Source: Bacteroidales bacterium UBA6431 (GTDB lineage: Bacteria > Bacteroidota > Bacteroidia > Bacteroidales > UBA932). Taken from it: a DNA stretch of 64,000 nucleotides. Positions within the stretch are counted from its first letter, which is position 1. Each line of letters opens with the position of its first letter. Of this stretch, positions 9,447 to 18,711 are shown piece after piece. Made by a program: the position numbers and the translations under genes. Under the pieces are notes generated by a model that did no database searches, was not told where the DNA came from, and worked only from the letters and a program-made list of their open reading frames with translations. Where the stretch lies: the NCBI GenBank assembly GCA_002439095.1, contig DJOT01000021.1:55282-119281 (forward strand), read 5' to 3'.

Positions 9447-10127
9447 ATGATTAAAGTTACAAATCTTACCAAGGTCTTCAGAACTGAGGAAATCGAGACA
9501 ACGGCTCTCAACGGTGTTTCATTTGAAATCAAGGACGGCGAATTCGTCGCCATCATGGGCCCTTCAGGATGCGGCAAGTCAACGCTCCTCAACATCCTGG
9601 GCCTGCTGGACAACCCTACTTCCGGCTCCTATGAGCTCCTGGGGGTGGAGGTGGCCAACCTCAAGGAGAAAGAGCGCACCAAGTTCCGCAAGGGCAATAT
9701 CGGATTCGTATTCCAGAGCTTCAACCTGATTGATGAACTCAATGTCTACGAGAACATCGAGCTGCCTCTCCGCTATCTGAACATCTCAGCCGCCGAGCGT
9801 AAGGCCAAGGTCACGGAGATAATGAAGAGGATGAACATCAGCCACCGTGCCCAGCACTTCCCGCAGCAGCTCTCCGGAGGTCAGCAGCAGAGGGTCGCGA
9901 TAGCCAGGGCCGTGGTAGCCGGGCCGAAGCTGATCCTGGCCGATGAGCCTACCGGTAACCTCGATTCCAAGAACGGTAAGGAAGTGATGGACATGCTCAG
10001 CGAGCTCAACTCCGAGGGCACGACCATCGTCATGGTGACCCACTCCCAAAGGGACGCCGCCGTGGCACAGCGCACCATCGACCTCTTCGACGGCCAGATC
10101 GTGAGCGATGTAAAAAATGAACTGTAA
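9447..10127 (+). CDS. ABC transporter ATP-binding protein (MacB/LolD family)
   Basis: GPSGCGKST, LSGGQQQRVAIARA, ILADEPTGNLD; real start MIKVTNLTK at 9447. Confidence 0.95.
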   Translation: MIKVTNLTKVFRTEEIETTALNGVSFEIKDGEFVAIMGPSGCGKSTLLNILGLLDNPTSGSYELLGVEVANLKEKERTKFRKGNIGFVFQSFNLIDELNVYENIELPLRYLNISAAERKAKVTEIMKRMNISHRAQHFPQQLSGGQQQRVAIARAVVAGPKLILADEPTGNLDSKNGKEVMDMLSELNSEGTTIVMVTHSQRDAAVAQRTIDLFDGQIVSDVKNEL

Positions 10128-10130
10128 AAA

Positions 10131-12527
10131 ATGAACTTTTTCAGACGGCATAACTCTGGCGGGGTCTCCACCATCCTCAATATTTTGGGGATGACGGTGG
10201 CTTTCGCCGCTTTCTACATCATCCTGGTGCAAGTCCACCACGACCTCAGTTACAACCGCGGGGTCAAGGACGCCGACAGGGTATACATCGTCAGCCTGCC
10301 GGACTGGTACGAGGAAGGCAAGTATATGACGTGGGTGAACCGTCCCCCGTTTGAACAGCTCATATCTTCCTGCTCGGACATTGAGGTTGGCGGGACTGGC
10401 CATATCTACGGACAGCAATACAAGATTATTGTAGGGAAGGGGGATTCTGCCCCGGAAGGAGACGAGCCGGCCTTGTCAACGGACGTGTCAAGCCTCAACC
10501 CCGGTGCGGCGAAGGCCTTGGGTGTGGAGTTTGTCAGCGGCAGCGCCGATGACCTCATCTCCTCTGCGACCCTTGCCGTGTCCGAGTCCGAAGCTGCCCG
10601 TCTGGGGCTGCATCTCGGGAGCGAGGTCATATTGAAGCATGGAAGCAACATCAATTTCAGATCCACTGTCAAGGCCATCTACAAGGATGCTCCGCGTAAT
10701 ACGGACCTTGATTCATTCAAGATGTTCGTTGCCATCGGGGATGAGAGCATAGACAACTGGAGCGAGTGGAGTTACAACTATTTCATCAAAGCCAGAGAAG
10801 GTGTCTCCAAAGACGATCTTGAAAAGGTCGGAGGAGAGATGCTTCTTGGTATTCTGGGACAGGATGCAGACGCTTCCGAAGAGGATAAGGCTGGGCTTGC
10901 CAAGAGGTTCAGGCTCCATCTGATCCCGTTGGAGAACAGCTATTTCGACCAGTCGGTATCTGATGCTCCCGGAGCTACTGGCAACAAGACCACCACCATG
11001 ACTCTTCTGGCCGTGGCGATTCTGGTCATAGTCATCGCTTTCATCAACTTCATCAATTTCTTCTTCGCCCTTGTGCCGCTGAGGATCCATTCCGTCAACA
11101 CGCGCAAGGTGCTCGGGGCTTCGAGGAGCAGCCTTGTTGCCTCTTATGTCATTGATGCAGTGTTGATGGTGGCCGTGTCGCTGGTGCTGTCTGCCGGAGT
11201 TGTGCTCCTGTTCCAGCACAGCAGTTTCGCTTCTCTGATTTCCTGCTCCACCTCGTTTGCGGCGAACCCCGGGGTTGCCCTGTTTGCCGTGGGGCTCGGA
11301 CTCATTGTGGCGGTGCTTGCCAGCCTGTATCCCGCATTCTATATCACCTCTTTCTCTCCGGCACTTGCCCTGAAGGGGAGTTTCGGTGCGAGCCGCAGGG
11401 GCAGGGTGTTCCGCTACGCTCTGGTGGGAGTCCAGTTCTTCATCTCCATGTCCCTTATCATCTGTGCCACATTCATCACCTTGCAGAGGAGTTATATGGT
11501 CAAGCACGACATGGGCTTTGACCGGGAGGAACTTCTCGTAGTGAATGTGAGCAATACGGTGGCGGCATCTTCCGCCGCAGTGCGGGCTCAGTTGCTGGAG
11601 AACCCTCAGATCAAGGCGGTCACTTGGGCCGATGGAGATATCGTGCGCCCGAGCAGGATGGGCTGGGGACGATCCTTCAAAGGACAGCAGATAAGTTTCC
11701 AGTGCTATCCTGTGTCGTGGGATTTCCTTAGATTCATGGGAATTCCGGTAGTGGAGGGACGCGACTTCACGGAGGCCGACGAGCAGAGCGAGAACGGTGT
11801 CTTCATATTCAATGAGGCGGCGAAAAAGGAGTTCGGGCTGACCTTGGATGATAAGGTAGAAGGGCATAGGGAAGAGGCGGAGATTGCCGGCTTCTGCCGG
11901 GATTTCAACTTCCGCTCGCTGCGCGACGGAGTCTCGCCTCTGTGCCTGTATGTGTTCGGGAAGCATCCTTGGCGCAGCTTCAGGACTCTTCTTGTGCGCA
12001 CAGTCAAGAACGCAGATGTTCCTACGGTAAGGAAATATGTCGAGGGCATAGTGGAGAAGACGGATCCTTCCATGTCTCCGGAGGATATGGACATTCAGAT
12101 GCTTGATCAGCAGATACAGGAGCAGTATCGGCAGGAGTCCATGCTCTCCACGCAGATCGGACTGTTCTCCCTGCTTGCTGTCATCATCTCGCTGATGGGT
12201 GTGTTCGGACTGGTGATGTTCGAGACTGAGCACAGGCGCAAGGAGATTGCCGTGCGTCGCGTCAACGGGGCCACGGTCGGGAGCATCCTGCAGATGTTCA
12301 ACATGGAGTTCATAAGGATAGTGCTCGTCTGCTTTGTCCTTGCCGCACCTGTCAGTTATCTTGTCGTCAGCCGCTACTTGCAGGGCTTCGCCTTCAAGGT
12401 GCCGATGTATCTGTGGGTGTTTGTGATGGCGCTTGCCGTGACGCTGCTTGTCACCGTGGTGGTTGTGACGCTCCGCAGCTACAAGGCCGCCACCGACAAT
12501 CCTTCGCTGACCTTGCACAAGGACTAG
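10131..12527 (+). CDS. ABC transporter permease (MacB/FtsX family, tandem type)
   Basis: Two FtsX halves: RKVLGAS and RRKEIAVRRVNGA; DMGFDRE. Confidence 0.92.
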   Translation: MNFFRRHNSGGVSTILNILGMTVAFAAFYIILVQVHHDLSYNRGVKDADRVYIVSLPDWYEEGKYMTWVNRPPFEQLISSCSDIEVGGTGHIYGQQYKIIVGKGDSAPEGDEPALSTDVSSLNPGAAKALGVEFVSGSADDLISSATLAVSESEAARLGLHLGSEVILKHGSNINFRSTVKAIYKDAPRNTDLDSFKMFVAIGDESIDNWSEWSYNYFIKAREGVSKDDLEKVGGEMLLGILGQDADASEEDKAGLAKRFRLHLIPLENSYFDQSVSDAPGATGNKTTTMTLLAVAILVIVIAFINFINFFFALVPLRIHSVNTRKVLGASRSSLVASYVIDAVLMVAVSLVLSAGVVLLFQHSSFASLISCSTSFAANPGVALFAVGLGLIVAVLASLYPAFYITSFSPALALKGSFGASRRGRVFRYALVGVQFFISMSLIICATFITLQRSYMVKHDMGFDREELLVVNVSNTVAASSAAVRAQLLENPQIKAVTWADGDIVRPSRMGWGRSFKGQQISFQCYPVSWDFLRFMGIPVVEGRDFTEADEQSENGVFIFNEAAKKEFGLTLDDKVEGHREEAEIAGFCRDFNFRSLRDGVSPLCLYVFGKHPWRSFRTLLVRTVKNADVPTVRKYVEGIVEKTDPSMSPEDMDIQMLDQQIQEQYRQESMLSTQIGLFSLLAVIISLMGVFGLVMFETEHRRKEIAVRRVNGATVGSILQMFNMEFIRIVLVCFVLAAPVSYLVVSRYLQGFAFKVPMYLWVFVMALAVTLLVTVVVVTLRSYKAATDNPSLTLHKD

Positions 12528-12543
12528 ATATCAACGAAATACG

Positions 12544-12576
12544 AAAGCGGCCCGCAGATTTTCTGCGGGCCGCTTT
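12544..12576. terminator. Bidirectional terminator (probable original tRNA-Ser terminator)
   Basis: AAAGCGGCCCGCAGA-TTT-TCTGCGGGCCGCTTT perfect inverted repeat. Confidence 0.8.
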
Positions 12577-12643
12577 GCTGCGGAGAGGACGAGATTCGAA
12601 CTCGTGGTACGGAATAACCCGTACGTCAGTTTAGCAAACTGGT
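12574..12643 (-). repeat. att-like 70-bp direct repeat (3' portion of tRNA-Ser, truncated)
   Basis: Identical to 13787-13856; lacks the D-arm and the 5' acceptor strand. Confidence 0.95.
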
Positions 12644-12716
12644 TTTATCAAAAGGCAACAATAGTCGGCCGAAATTTCATGAAATGTTTAATTTTGCAAT
12701 TATAATTACATAAACT

Positions 12717-13730
12717 ATGGGTTGTAACGATGTTGCAGAACAACACGCCATGACAGAGGGGCAGTTTATAGATGGCATCAAGGAATTGCTTGAGGCGGCC
12801 AGAAACAATGTAGTCAAGCAGGTGAACACCACTATGCTGATGACATACTTCGAGATCGGCCGCAGGATTGTCGAGCAGGAACAGAAGGGAGAAAGTCAAG
12901 CGGATTATGGGCAATATCTGCTCGTGCGCCTGTCGGAGTCTCTTTCTGGGCGTTTCGGGAAAGGATTTTCAAAAAGAAACCTTGAACTGATGCGACAGTT
13001 CTACTTGACATATAAGATTGCGAAATCGACGATTTCGCAATCTCTGAGTTGGACACATTACATAAGGCTGATGCGGATATCCGATCCGAAAGAAAGAGCA
13101 TTCTACGAGATTGAGGCTGCAAATAACAACTGGAGTGTGAAAGAACTGAACCGTCAGTTTGATTCAGCTCTTTATCAAAGACTCGCATTGAGCCGCGATA
13201 AGGACAAGATTCTTGAATTATCAAAGAAAGGACAAGTTGTCGAAAAGCCGGAGGACATATTAAAAGATCCTTATATACTTGAATTCACTGGCCTCAAGGA
13301 ACTGCCGGAATATAACGAAAGCAGGCTGGAACAAAGTCTTATAGAGGAACTTCAATCATTTCTTCTCGAACTTGGAAAAGGATTCACATTTGTCGGCAGG
13401 CAACAGCGAATAACGATTGAGGAAGATCATTACTTCGTTGACCTTGTGTTTTATAATAGGCTGCTCAGGGCCTTCGTCTTGGTTGATTTGAAAATAGGTC
13501 AGCTGAAGCATCAGGATTTGGGACAGATGCAGATGTATGTGCATTATTACGACCGCTGCGTGAAACTGCCAGACGAGAATAAGACCATCGGCATTGTCCT
13601 TTGCCGAGACAAGAAAGATGCCCTGGTGGAAATGACTCTCCCAGATGAGACGAACCCGATATTCGCCAGCAAATATCAAACAGTACTGCCGAACAAGGAG
13701 GAACTGAAGGCGCTTATAGAAAAGAAATAA
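12717..13730 (+). CDS. YhcG/DUF1016 family PD-(D/E)xK nuclease-domain protein
   Basis: YFEIGRRIVEQEQ, GKGFSKRNLELMRQFY, LSWTHY, KDPYILEF, FLLELGKGFTFVGRQ, VDLVFYNRLLRAFVLVDLK; own TAATTTTG promoter at 12689-12696. Confidence 0.93.
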   Translation: MGCNDVAEQHAMTEGQFIDGIKELLEAARNNVVKQVNTTMLMTYFEIGRRIVEQEQKGESQADYGQYLLVRLSESLSGRFGKGFSKRNLELMRQFYLTYKIAKSTISQSLSWTHYIRLMRISDPKERAFYEIEAANNNWSVKELNRQFDSALYQRLALSRDKDKILELSKKGQVVEKPEDILKDPYILEFTGLKELPEYNESRLEQSLIEELQSFLLELGKGFTFVGRQQRITIEEDHYFVDLVFYNRLLRAFVLVDLKIGQLKHQDLGQMQMYVHYYDRCVKLPDENKTIGIVLCRDKKDALVEMTLPDETNPIFASKYQTVLPNKEELKALIEKK

Positions 13731-13744
13731 AGACTTCACAAAAG

Positions 13745-13788
13745 AAAAAGTCTCAATCTCTTTGAAAATCAAGAGTTTGAGACTTTTT
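13745..13788. terminator. Bidirectional terminator carried by the islet
   Basis: AAAAAGTCTCAA...TTGAGACTTTTT inverted repeat between convergent yhcG-like gene and tRNA-Ser. Confidence 0.7.
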
Positions 13789-13793
13789 TGCTG

Positions 13794-13882
13794 CGGAGAG
13801 GACGAGATTCGAACTCGTGGTACGGAATAACCCGTACGTCAGTTTAGCAAACTGGTGGTTTCAGCCACTCACCCACCTCTCC
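13794..13882 (-). tRNA. tRNA-Ser(GCT)
   Basis: Reverse complement GGAGAGGTGGGTGAGTGGCTGAAACCACCAGTTTGCTAAACTG...GTTCGAATCTCGTCCTCTCCG; long variable arm; promoter TAACTTTG at 13916-13923 (-). Confidence 0.97.
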
Positions 13883-13962
13883 CCGGTGTCCAGCCCCTGA
13901 CTATAGGCTGGACGACAAAGTTACAACAAAATCTTTGTTTTGCAAATATCTTTTGCCGGCTC

Positions 13963-15105
13963 TTACTTCTTGCCAGTCAGCAGGGAGTAGATCTTGTTGC
14001 TGACGTCGCTGTTTTCCTGGGTGCCTGCAAAATCGCGGGAGTGAGGCCCGTAGGCGAAAAGCGGAACCATTATGGGAGTGTGTCCCTTGGATGCGAACAC
14101 ACCCTGGATGAGGCCCTCTTCAGGAACGCCTCTGGATAGGGTGACGCCTCCTGTCTCGTGGTCAGCGCTGATGAGCACCAAAGTGTGCCCGTCTTTCTCC
14201 GCGAAACGGATGGCCGCCTCGATGGCCTTGTCGAAGTCAAGGGCTTCGTCAACCATTCCCTGATAATTGTTCTTGTGCTCTTCCTTGTCGATGCGTGCGC
14301 CCTCCACCATGAGGAAGAAACCTTTCTTGGATCTTGCGGAGAGGAAATCAATAGCCATCTGTGTGGTGGCCGGCAGATAGTCGCCACGCTCCGGGAGAGT
14401 CACGCTTGGCGGGAAATAAGCCAGCTTGTCGCTATTGTCAAGGACTTTTTCCTGCCCTTCAGGAGAGTAGATCACATCAAATTGCGCCTTTATCTCTTCC
14501 TGTGTTTTCAGAGGAAGGCCCTCGAAGACTTTGCTGGAGCCGGCTGAGGCGAATACGAGGTGACTTGCCGGGAGGTCTGCCCAGATGGCTTCTGCGGCCC
14601 TGCGGTTGGTCTGGTGAGCGAAGAACGAAGCCGGGGTGGCTCCGTCAAGATTGTCGGTGGAAACCACCCCGCAGGCGAATCCGAGCGGCTCAAGCTTCTC
14701 CGGGAGATTCTGGAGAGGCTGGCGCTCAGTGTCCATACCGACGTAGCCGTTGTTGGTCTTGACACCGGTAGCGTATGCTGTGCCGGAGGCGGCCGAGTCG
14801 GTGGTGAAGTTGTCGGCGGACTGTGTGCGGACGTAACCGCAGGTCTTGAGGTTGGTCATCGTGAGTGTGCCGCCGTTGGCGTACATGGCCGAATTGACCG
14901 CTCCGACACCCATTCCGTCCCCGATTAGGAGTATGACATTGCGTACTTTCGTCTCCTTGCCGTCGTTCTTGAATGACGGGGTGTAGCTGCTCTGCTGCTT
15001 GACATGGGCCTCTCCGGCCGTTGCTTTCACTTCTTTCCCCGGAGTCTGGGCAAACCCTGCGACTACCAGAGAGAGAGCGAGAATAGACGTGATGATTCTT
15101 TTCAT
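13963..15105 (-). CDS. Alkaline phosphatase family protein
   Basis: NVILLIGDGMG, TTDSAASGTA (catalytic Ser), FFLMVEGARID, SADHETGG. Confidence 0.93.
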   Translation of the reverse strand: MKRIITSILALSLVVAGFAQTPGKEVKATAGEAHVKQQSSYTPSFKNDGKETKVRNVILLIGDGMGVGAVNSAMYANGGTLTMTNLKTCGYVRTQSADNFTTDSAASGTAYATGVKTNNGYVGMDTERQPLQNLPEKLEPLGFACGVVSTDNLDGATPASFFAHQTNRRAAEAIWADLPASHLVFASAGSSKVFEGLPLKTQEEIKAQFDVIYSPEGQEKVLDNSDKLAYFPPSVTLPERGDYLPATTQMAIDFLSARSKKGFFLMVEGARIDKEEHKNNYQGMVDEALDFDKAIEAAIRFAEKDGHTLVLISADHETGGVTLSRGVPEEGLIQGVFASKGHTPIMVPLFAYGPHSRDFAGTQENSDVSNKIYSLLTGKK

Positions 15106-15117
15106 TTCTGATGAGTT

Positions 15118-16563
15118 TTATTCTCCCTTGAACAGGGGGAAGTTGTGATTCGGAATATGCGATTCTGTCATTAAGGCTTTGAGTTCCTCGACTTTCTCGG
15201 GCTTCTGTGCGGCGAGGTCGGTGGTCTCGCCGGGGTCGGAGTCGAGGTTGTAGAGCTCGTAGTGGTCTCCCGGTTTCTCTATGTCCAGGCGGATGAGTTT
15301 CCATGGGCCCTTGCGTGCCGCCTGGCTGCTTCTCTCCGCGAACTCGAAGTAGAGGTTGTCATGCTCCTGCTGGCCCTTGCGGCCTTCCAGCAGAGGCAGG
15401 AGGCTGATTCCGTCCATCGTTTCCTGTGTCTGCGTGCCGATGATGCTCCTGAATGTAGGCATCATGTCCCAGAACGAGCACATGAAGTCGGTCTGTTCTC
15501 CTTCCTTGATGTGGCCCGGCCACTGGACTATCATCGGCACGCGGATGCCTCCTTCGTAGAGGTCGCGCTTGTAGCCTCTCCACGGGCCGTTGCTGTTGAA
15601 GAAATCCGGATCTGCCCCGCCTTCGAGGTGCGGGCCGTTGTCGCTGGAGAAGATGATGATGGTGTTGTCGTAGACTCCCAGTTCCTTGAGCTTGGCGACG
15701 AGTTGCCCGACATATACATCAAGCCTTGTCACCATGGCTGCGAAGGTGGCGTGAGGGTATTCCTGGGAGCAGTAGCCTCCTATGCGGAAGCGCGGATGCC
15801 CCTGATCTTCACCCTTGTACGGGGTCTCGGGGAAGGCTCCGCGGAATTTCGCGATGATGCTGTCCTGCGGCACGATGAGCTCTGCATGCGGAATGGTTGT
15901 AGGATACCAGAGGAAGAACGGCTTGCCGTCTTTTACGGAGGCTTCCATGAATTTCAAGGCCTCATCATGTATCAGGTCGGCTGAGTATGTGCCTTCTCCG
16001 TATGGGATCTCGTCTACATTGTCTGCAAGGATCACCTTCTCACGGTTGTCCCACAGGTGGTCAGGGTAGTAGCTGTGGGCGAGCGTCTGGCAGTTGTAGC
16101 CGTAGAATTTGTCCACCCCCTGCTCGTTCGGGTCTCCGGTTGAGGCTATAGGGCCGAGACCCCATTTGCCGAATGCTCCCGTAGCGTAGCCTGCGTCCTT
16201 GAAGTCGTGGAAGATGGTCTGCGCGCCCTCCGGGAGCGGGAACTGCCCCTCCGGCGGGACTTTGAGATTGCCGCGGATATATGTGTGTCCGCTGTGCGTG
16301 CCGGTCACAAGGCACGAGCGGGACGGGGCGCTCACGGTGGTGCCGGAGTAGCACTGTGTGAAGCGCAGGCCGTTGCCGGCCAGGGCGTCTATGTTCGGTG
16401 TGCTGAAGAGTTGCTGTCCGTAGCAACTGAGGTCTCCCCAGCCGAGGTCGTCGGCCAGGATGAACACCACGTTAGGCTTGGTCTGTACTTTTCCGCTCTG
16501 CCCGCAGCCGGCTATGGCTGTGCCGGCGGCAAGGGCGGCTCCGAATTTCGTGATTTTACTCAT
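15118..16563 (-). CDS. Arylsulfatase (Ser-type sulfatase) lipoprotein
   Basis: PNVVFILADDLG, SAPSR signature, GKWGLG, SSDNGP, LYEGGIRVP; lipobox IAGC. Confidence 0.95.
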   Translation of the reverse strand: MSKITKFGAALAAGTAIAGCGQSGKVQTKPNVVFILADDLGWGDLSCYGQQLFSTPNIDALAGNGLRFTQCYSGTTVSAPSRSCLVTGTHSGHTYIRGNLKVPPEGQFPLPEGAQTIFHDFKDAGYATGAFGKWGLGPIASTGDPNEQGVDKFYGYNCQTLAHSYYPDHLWDNREKVILADNVDEIPYGEGTYSADLIHDEALKFMEASVKDGKPFFLWYPTTIPHAELIVPQDSIIAKFRGAFPETPYKGEDQGHPRFRIGGYCSQEYPHATFAAMVTRLDVYVGQLVAKLKELGVYDNTIIIFSSDNGPHLEGGADPDFFNSNGPWRGYKRDLYEGGIRVPMIVQWPGHIKEGEQTDFMCSFWDMMPTFRSIIGTQTQETMDGISLLPLLEGRKGQQEHDNLYFEFAERSSQAARKGPWKLIRLDIEKPGDHYELYNLDSDPGETTDLAAQKPEKVEELKALMTESHIPNHNFPLFKGE

Positions 16564-18260
16564 TATTTTGATTCAAGTGTTTTACCGTTGTCTTTGGCGA
16601 CCGCCTCTTTCCACTTCTCGGTGTATCCCGGCTGTGTCAGGCCGGCAGGGATGCCCTTGGAGTGAGGGGAGTGGAGGAAATTGCCCTCTGCGTCCTGCGC
16701 CTTGACGTTCCCGTCAATGAATTTGACGAGCAGCAGTTCTTCGAGTTTCGTCCAGTCCGCAAACTGTGTCTGGGCGGTATTGACCGAGTATTCGGTAAGC
16801 AGTCTGATGACTTTGCTGCGCTTGCCACCGTCGAGCATGGCCACAGCCTTGCGGTCCATTTCCGGTATGGCTGCCGTCATCTGGTGGTTTTCGAACTTGT
16901 CTGCGGCCTCGCGTACCACCGGGGCCATCTGGTTGTACATCTTGTAGCAGGCGTTGGCTACGCGGTTGCACATCCAGAACTGGGATGTGGCGCTGTAGTG
17001 GAGCATGTCTCCGTTGCCCTCGCTGAGGCATTCCGGGACTTCGCTGGCGTTGACATATATAGGGGTGAGGTATGATGTGGCGGCATCGTCGCAGCCGAAC
17101 CAGATGAGGGCGCCGACTTCGTCCGGGAGGTATCCGCGTGACTGGGCTACAAACCAGAATCCTGTCTGCTGCGTGGCGATGGCCCTCTCGTTGACGTAGG
17201 TCTTGCCGTCGTACTCGAAGCTCATCGGCCTCCAGCGGTATGGCAGGGCGTTGCCGCCCGCTCCGATGTCGGTGGTCATGTCCATAGGGGTGCCCTCGAA
17301 GTGGTCACGCATCACGTCTGCCACGTCTTTCATCGTGATTTTCCTGGACGGCTTGATGAAGAGGGGCATCTCCCCCTTGAGATCGTACCCCATGGCGTAG
17401 TCTGTCCAGTCCGCGGCGGGGCGGGTCGTAAGGGCGCCGTCTTCAGCGGTGTAGGTGAAGCTGCCGTCGCCGAGGATGTTGAATGCGGCCCAGGCCCTGG
17501 CTTCGCAGGCGCGGGCTCCGCTGAAATCGAGCGGGTTGTAGGCGTCGCGGAAGCTGAAGTCCTTGTCCTCGCCGCTGAACCAGCCTTTTTCTCGTGCGAA
17601 ACTGATCACGTCAGGGGCGTAGAGGCAGTTCTCCGGGTCGTTGAGGGGGAAGCGGGTGATGCGTGCCTGGTTGGCGTGGGCGCAGATGTACCCGTCGGGG
17701 ATGCGCCTTGCGACCCAGACGATGCCCTTGTTGCCCTTTCCCTTGCCGACAAGATCCATCACCCAGGCTTCCTTGGTGTCGGCGATTGAGAATGTCTCGC
17801 CCTCGGACGGGTAGCCGTAGGTGTTGGCAAGGGAGACTATAGTCTCTATGGCCTCGCGGGCTGTGCGCGCCCTCTGGAGAGTTACGTAGATCAATGAACC
17901 ATAATCCATTATCCCTTCCGGGTCGGCCTGCTCCTCGCGTCCGCCCCAGGTGGTCTCGGCGATGATGAGCTGGTGCTCGTTCATGTTGCCCATGGTCTGA
18001 TATGTCTTGGCAATCTGGGAGATCTGCCCGAGCGGCTTCTGAGTGTCCCATTCGTAGATGTCCAGCATGCTGCCCGGCTTGAAGCGTCCGGCAGGCGTGA
18101 AGTAGAGCTCTCCATAGAGCAGGTGCGAGTCTGCGGCGTATGAGACCATGCAGGAGCCGTCGGCGCTCGCGCCCGCCGTGATGATGACGTTGGTGCAGGC
18201 TTCGGCGCGGCTCGCATTGAGCAGCATAGCCAGAAGCAAGAGTGGCAGAATTTTTCTCAT
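16563..18260 (-). CDS. C69 family dipeptidase
   Basis: Signal peptide then AC-TN N-terminal nucleophile Cys, NMNEHQLIIAETTWGGR, HANQARI. Confidence 0.9.
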   Translation of the reverse strand: MRKILPLLLLAMLLNASRAEACTNVIITAGASADGSCMVSYAADSHLLYGELYFTPAGRFKPGSMLDIYEWDTQKPLGQISQIAKTYQTMGNMNEHQLIIAETTWGGREEQADPEGIMDYGSLIYVTLQRARTAREAIETIVSLANTYGYPSEGETFSIADTKEAWVMDLVGKGKGNKGIVWVARRIPDGYICAHANQARITRFPLNDPENCLYAPDVISFAREKGWFSGEDKDFSFRDAYNPLDFSGARACEARAWAAFNILGDGSFTYTAEDGALTTRPAADWTDYAMGYDLKGEMPLFIKPSRKITMKDVADVMRDHFEGTPMDMTTDIGAGGNALPYRWRPMSFEYDGKTYVNERAIATQQTGFWFVAQSRGYLPDEVGALIWFGCDDAATSYLTPIYVNASEVPECLSEGNGDMLHYSATSQFWMCNRVANACYKMYNQMAPVVREAADKFENHQMTAAIPEMDRKAVAMLDGGKRSKVIRLLTEYSVNTAQTQFADWTKLEELLLVKFIDGNVKAQDAEGNFLHSPHSKGIPAGLTQPGYTEKWKEAVAKDNGKTLESK

Positions 18261-18306
18261 TTTATCTTTTCTTTATTAAATTTGCGGTTTGACAAGATAC
18301 AAATCT

Positions 18307-18708
18307 ATGAAATTTTTTGGGATTATCATTTTGTTGTGCTTGCCTATCTGCCTCTCGGCCCAGCAGAGCCAGACCGACCCTGAAAAGGAAGAGAAGCAGA
18401 TGCGGACGGCTATAGACTCTCAGATAGAGACATATACCAGGACTTTGAAACTTGAGGACTGGCAGGTTTTCTATCTGGACTCCATCATGACCCATGACTA
18501 CACCGCGATGAGGGATGAGGTGAAGTCCCTGAGCGAAGCGAAGGTGGGCAATGCCGATGCCTACCAGATGGTGCAGGACAAGTGGATGGAGAAGATGTAT
18601 CAGGCTTTTGACAAGGTTCTGGACCGGGATCAGTGGGCCAAGTACCAGAAGTCGGGGGCCGGGAGAGACAAGAAAGCCCGCGACAAGCGTGCCGCGAAAA
18701 GGAAATAG
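18307..18708 (+). CDS. Hypothetical exported helical protein
   Basis: Signal peptide MKFFGIIILLCLPICLSA; 3 nt upstream of pheS; host-like codon usage. Confidence 0.7.
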   Translation: MKFFGIIILLCLPICLSAQQSQTDPEKEEKQMRTAIDSQIETYTRTLKLEDWQVFYLDSIMTHDYTAMRDEVKSLSEAKVGNADAYQMVQDKWMEKMYQAFDKVLDRDQWAKYQKSGAGRDKKARDKRAAKRK

Positions 18709-18711
18709 ATT

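Larger units (their letters stand above)
12574..13856. mobile_element. Integrase-less genomic islet in tRNA-Ser(GCT)
   Basis: Perfect 70-bp direct repeats 1213 bp apart enclosing one AT-richer gene. Confidence 0.8.

Noticed and set aside
10713..12518. 601-aa antisense ORF (likewise 2683-3618, 18262-19221, 27050-28036, 34923-36353)
   Set aside because: Shadow frames opposite well-supported genes, expected from GC-rich third positions; no recognisable motifs
12581..12643. Second tRNA-Ser gene
   Set aside because: Lacks the D-arm and the 5' acceptor strand; it is the att duplicate
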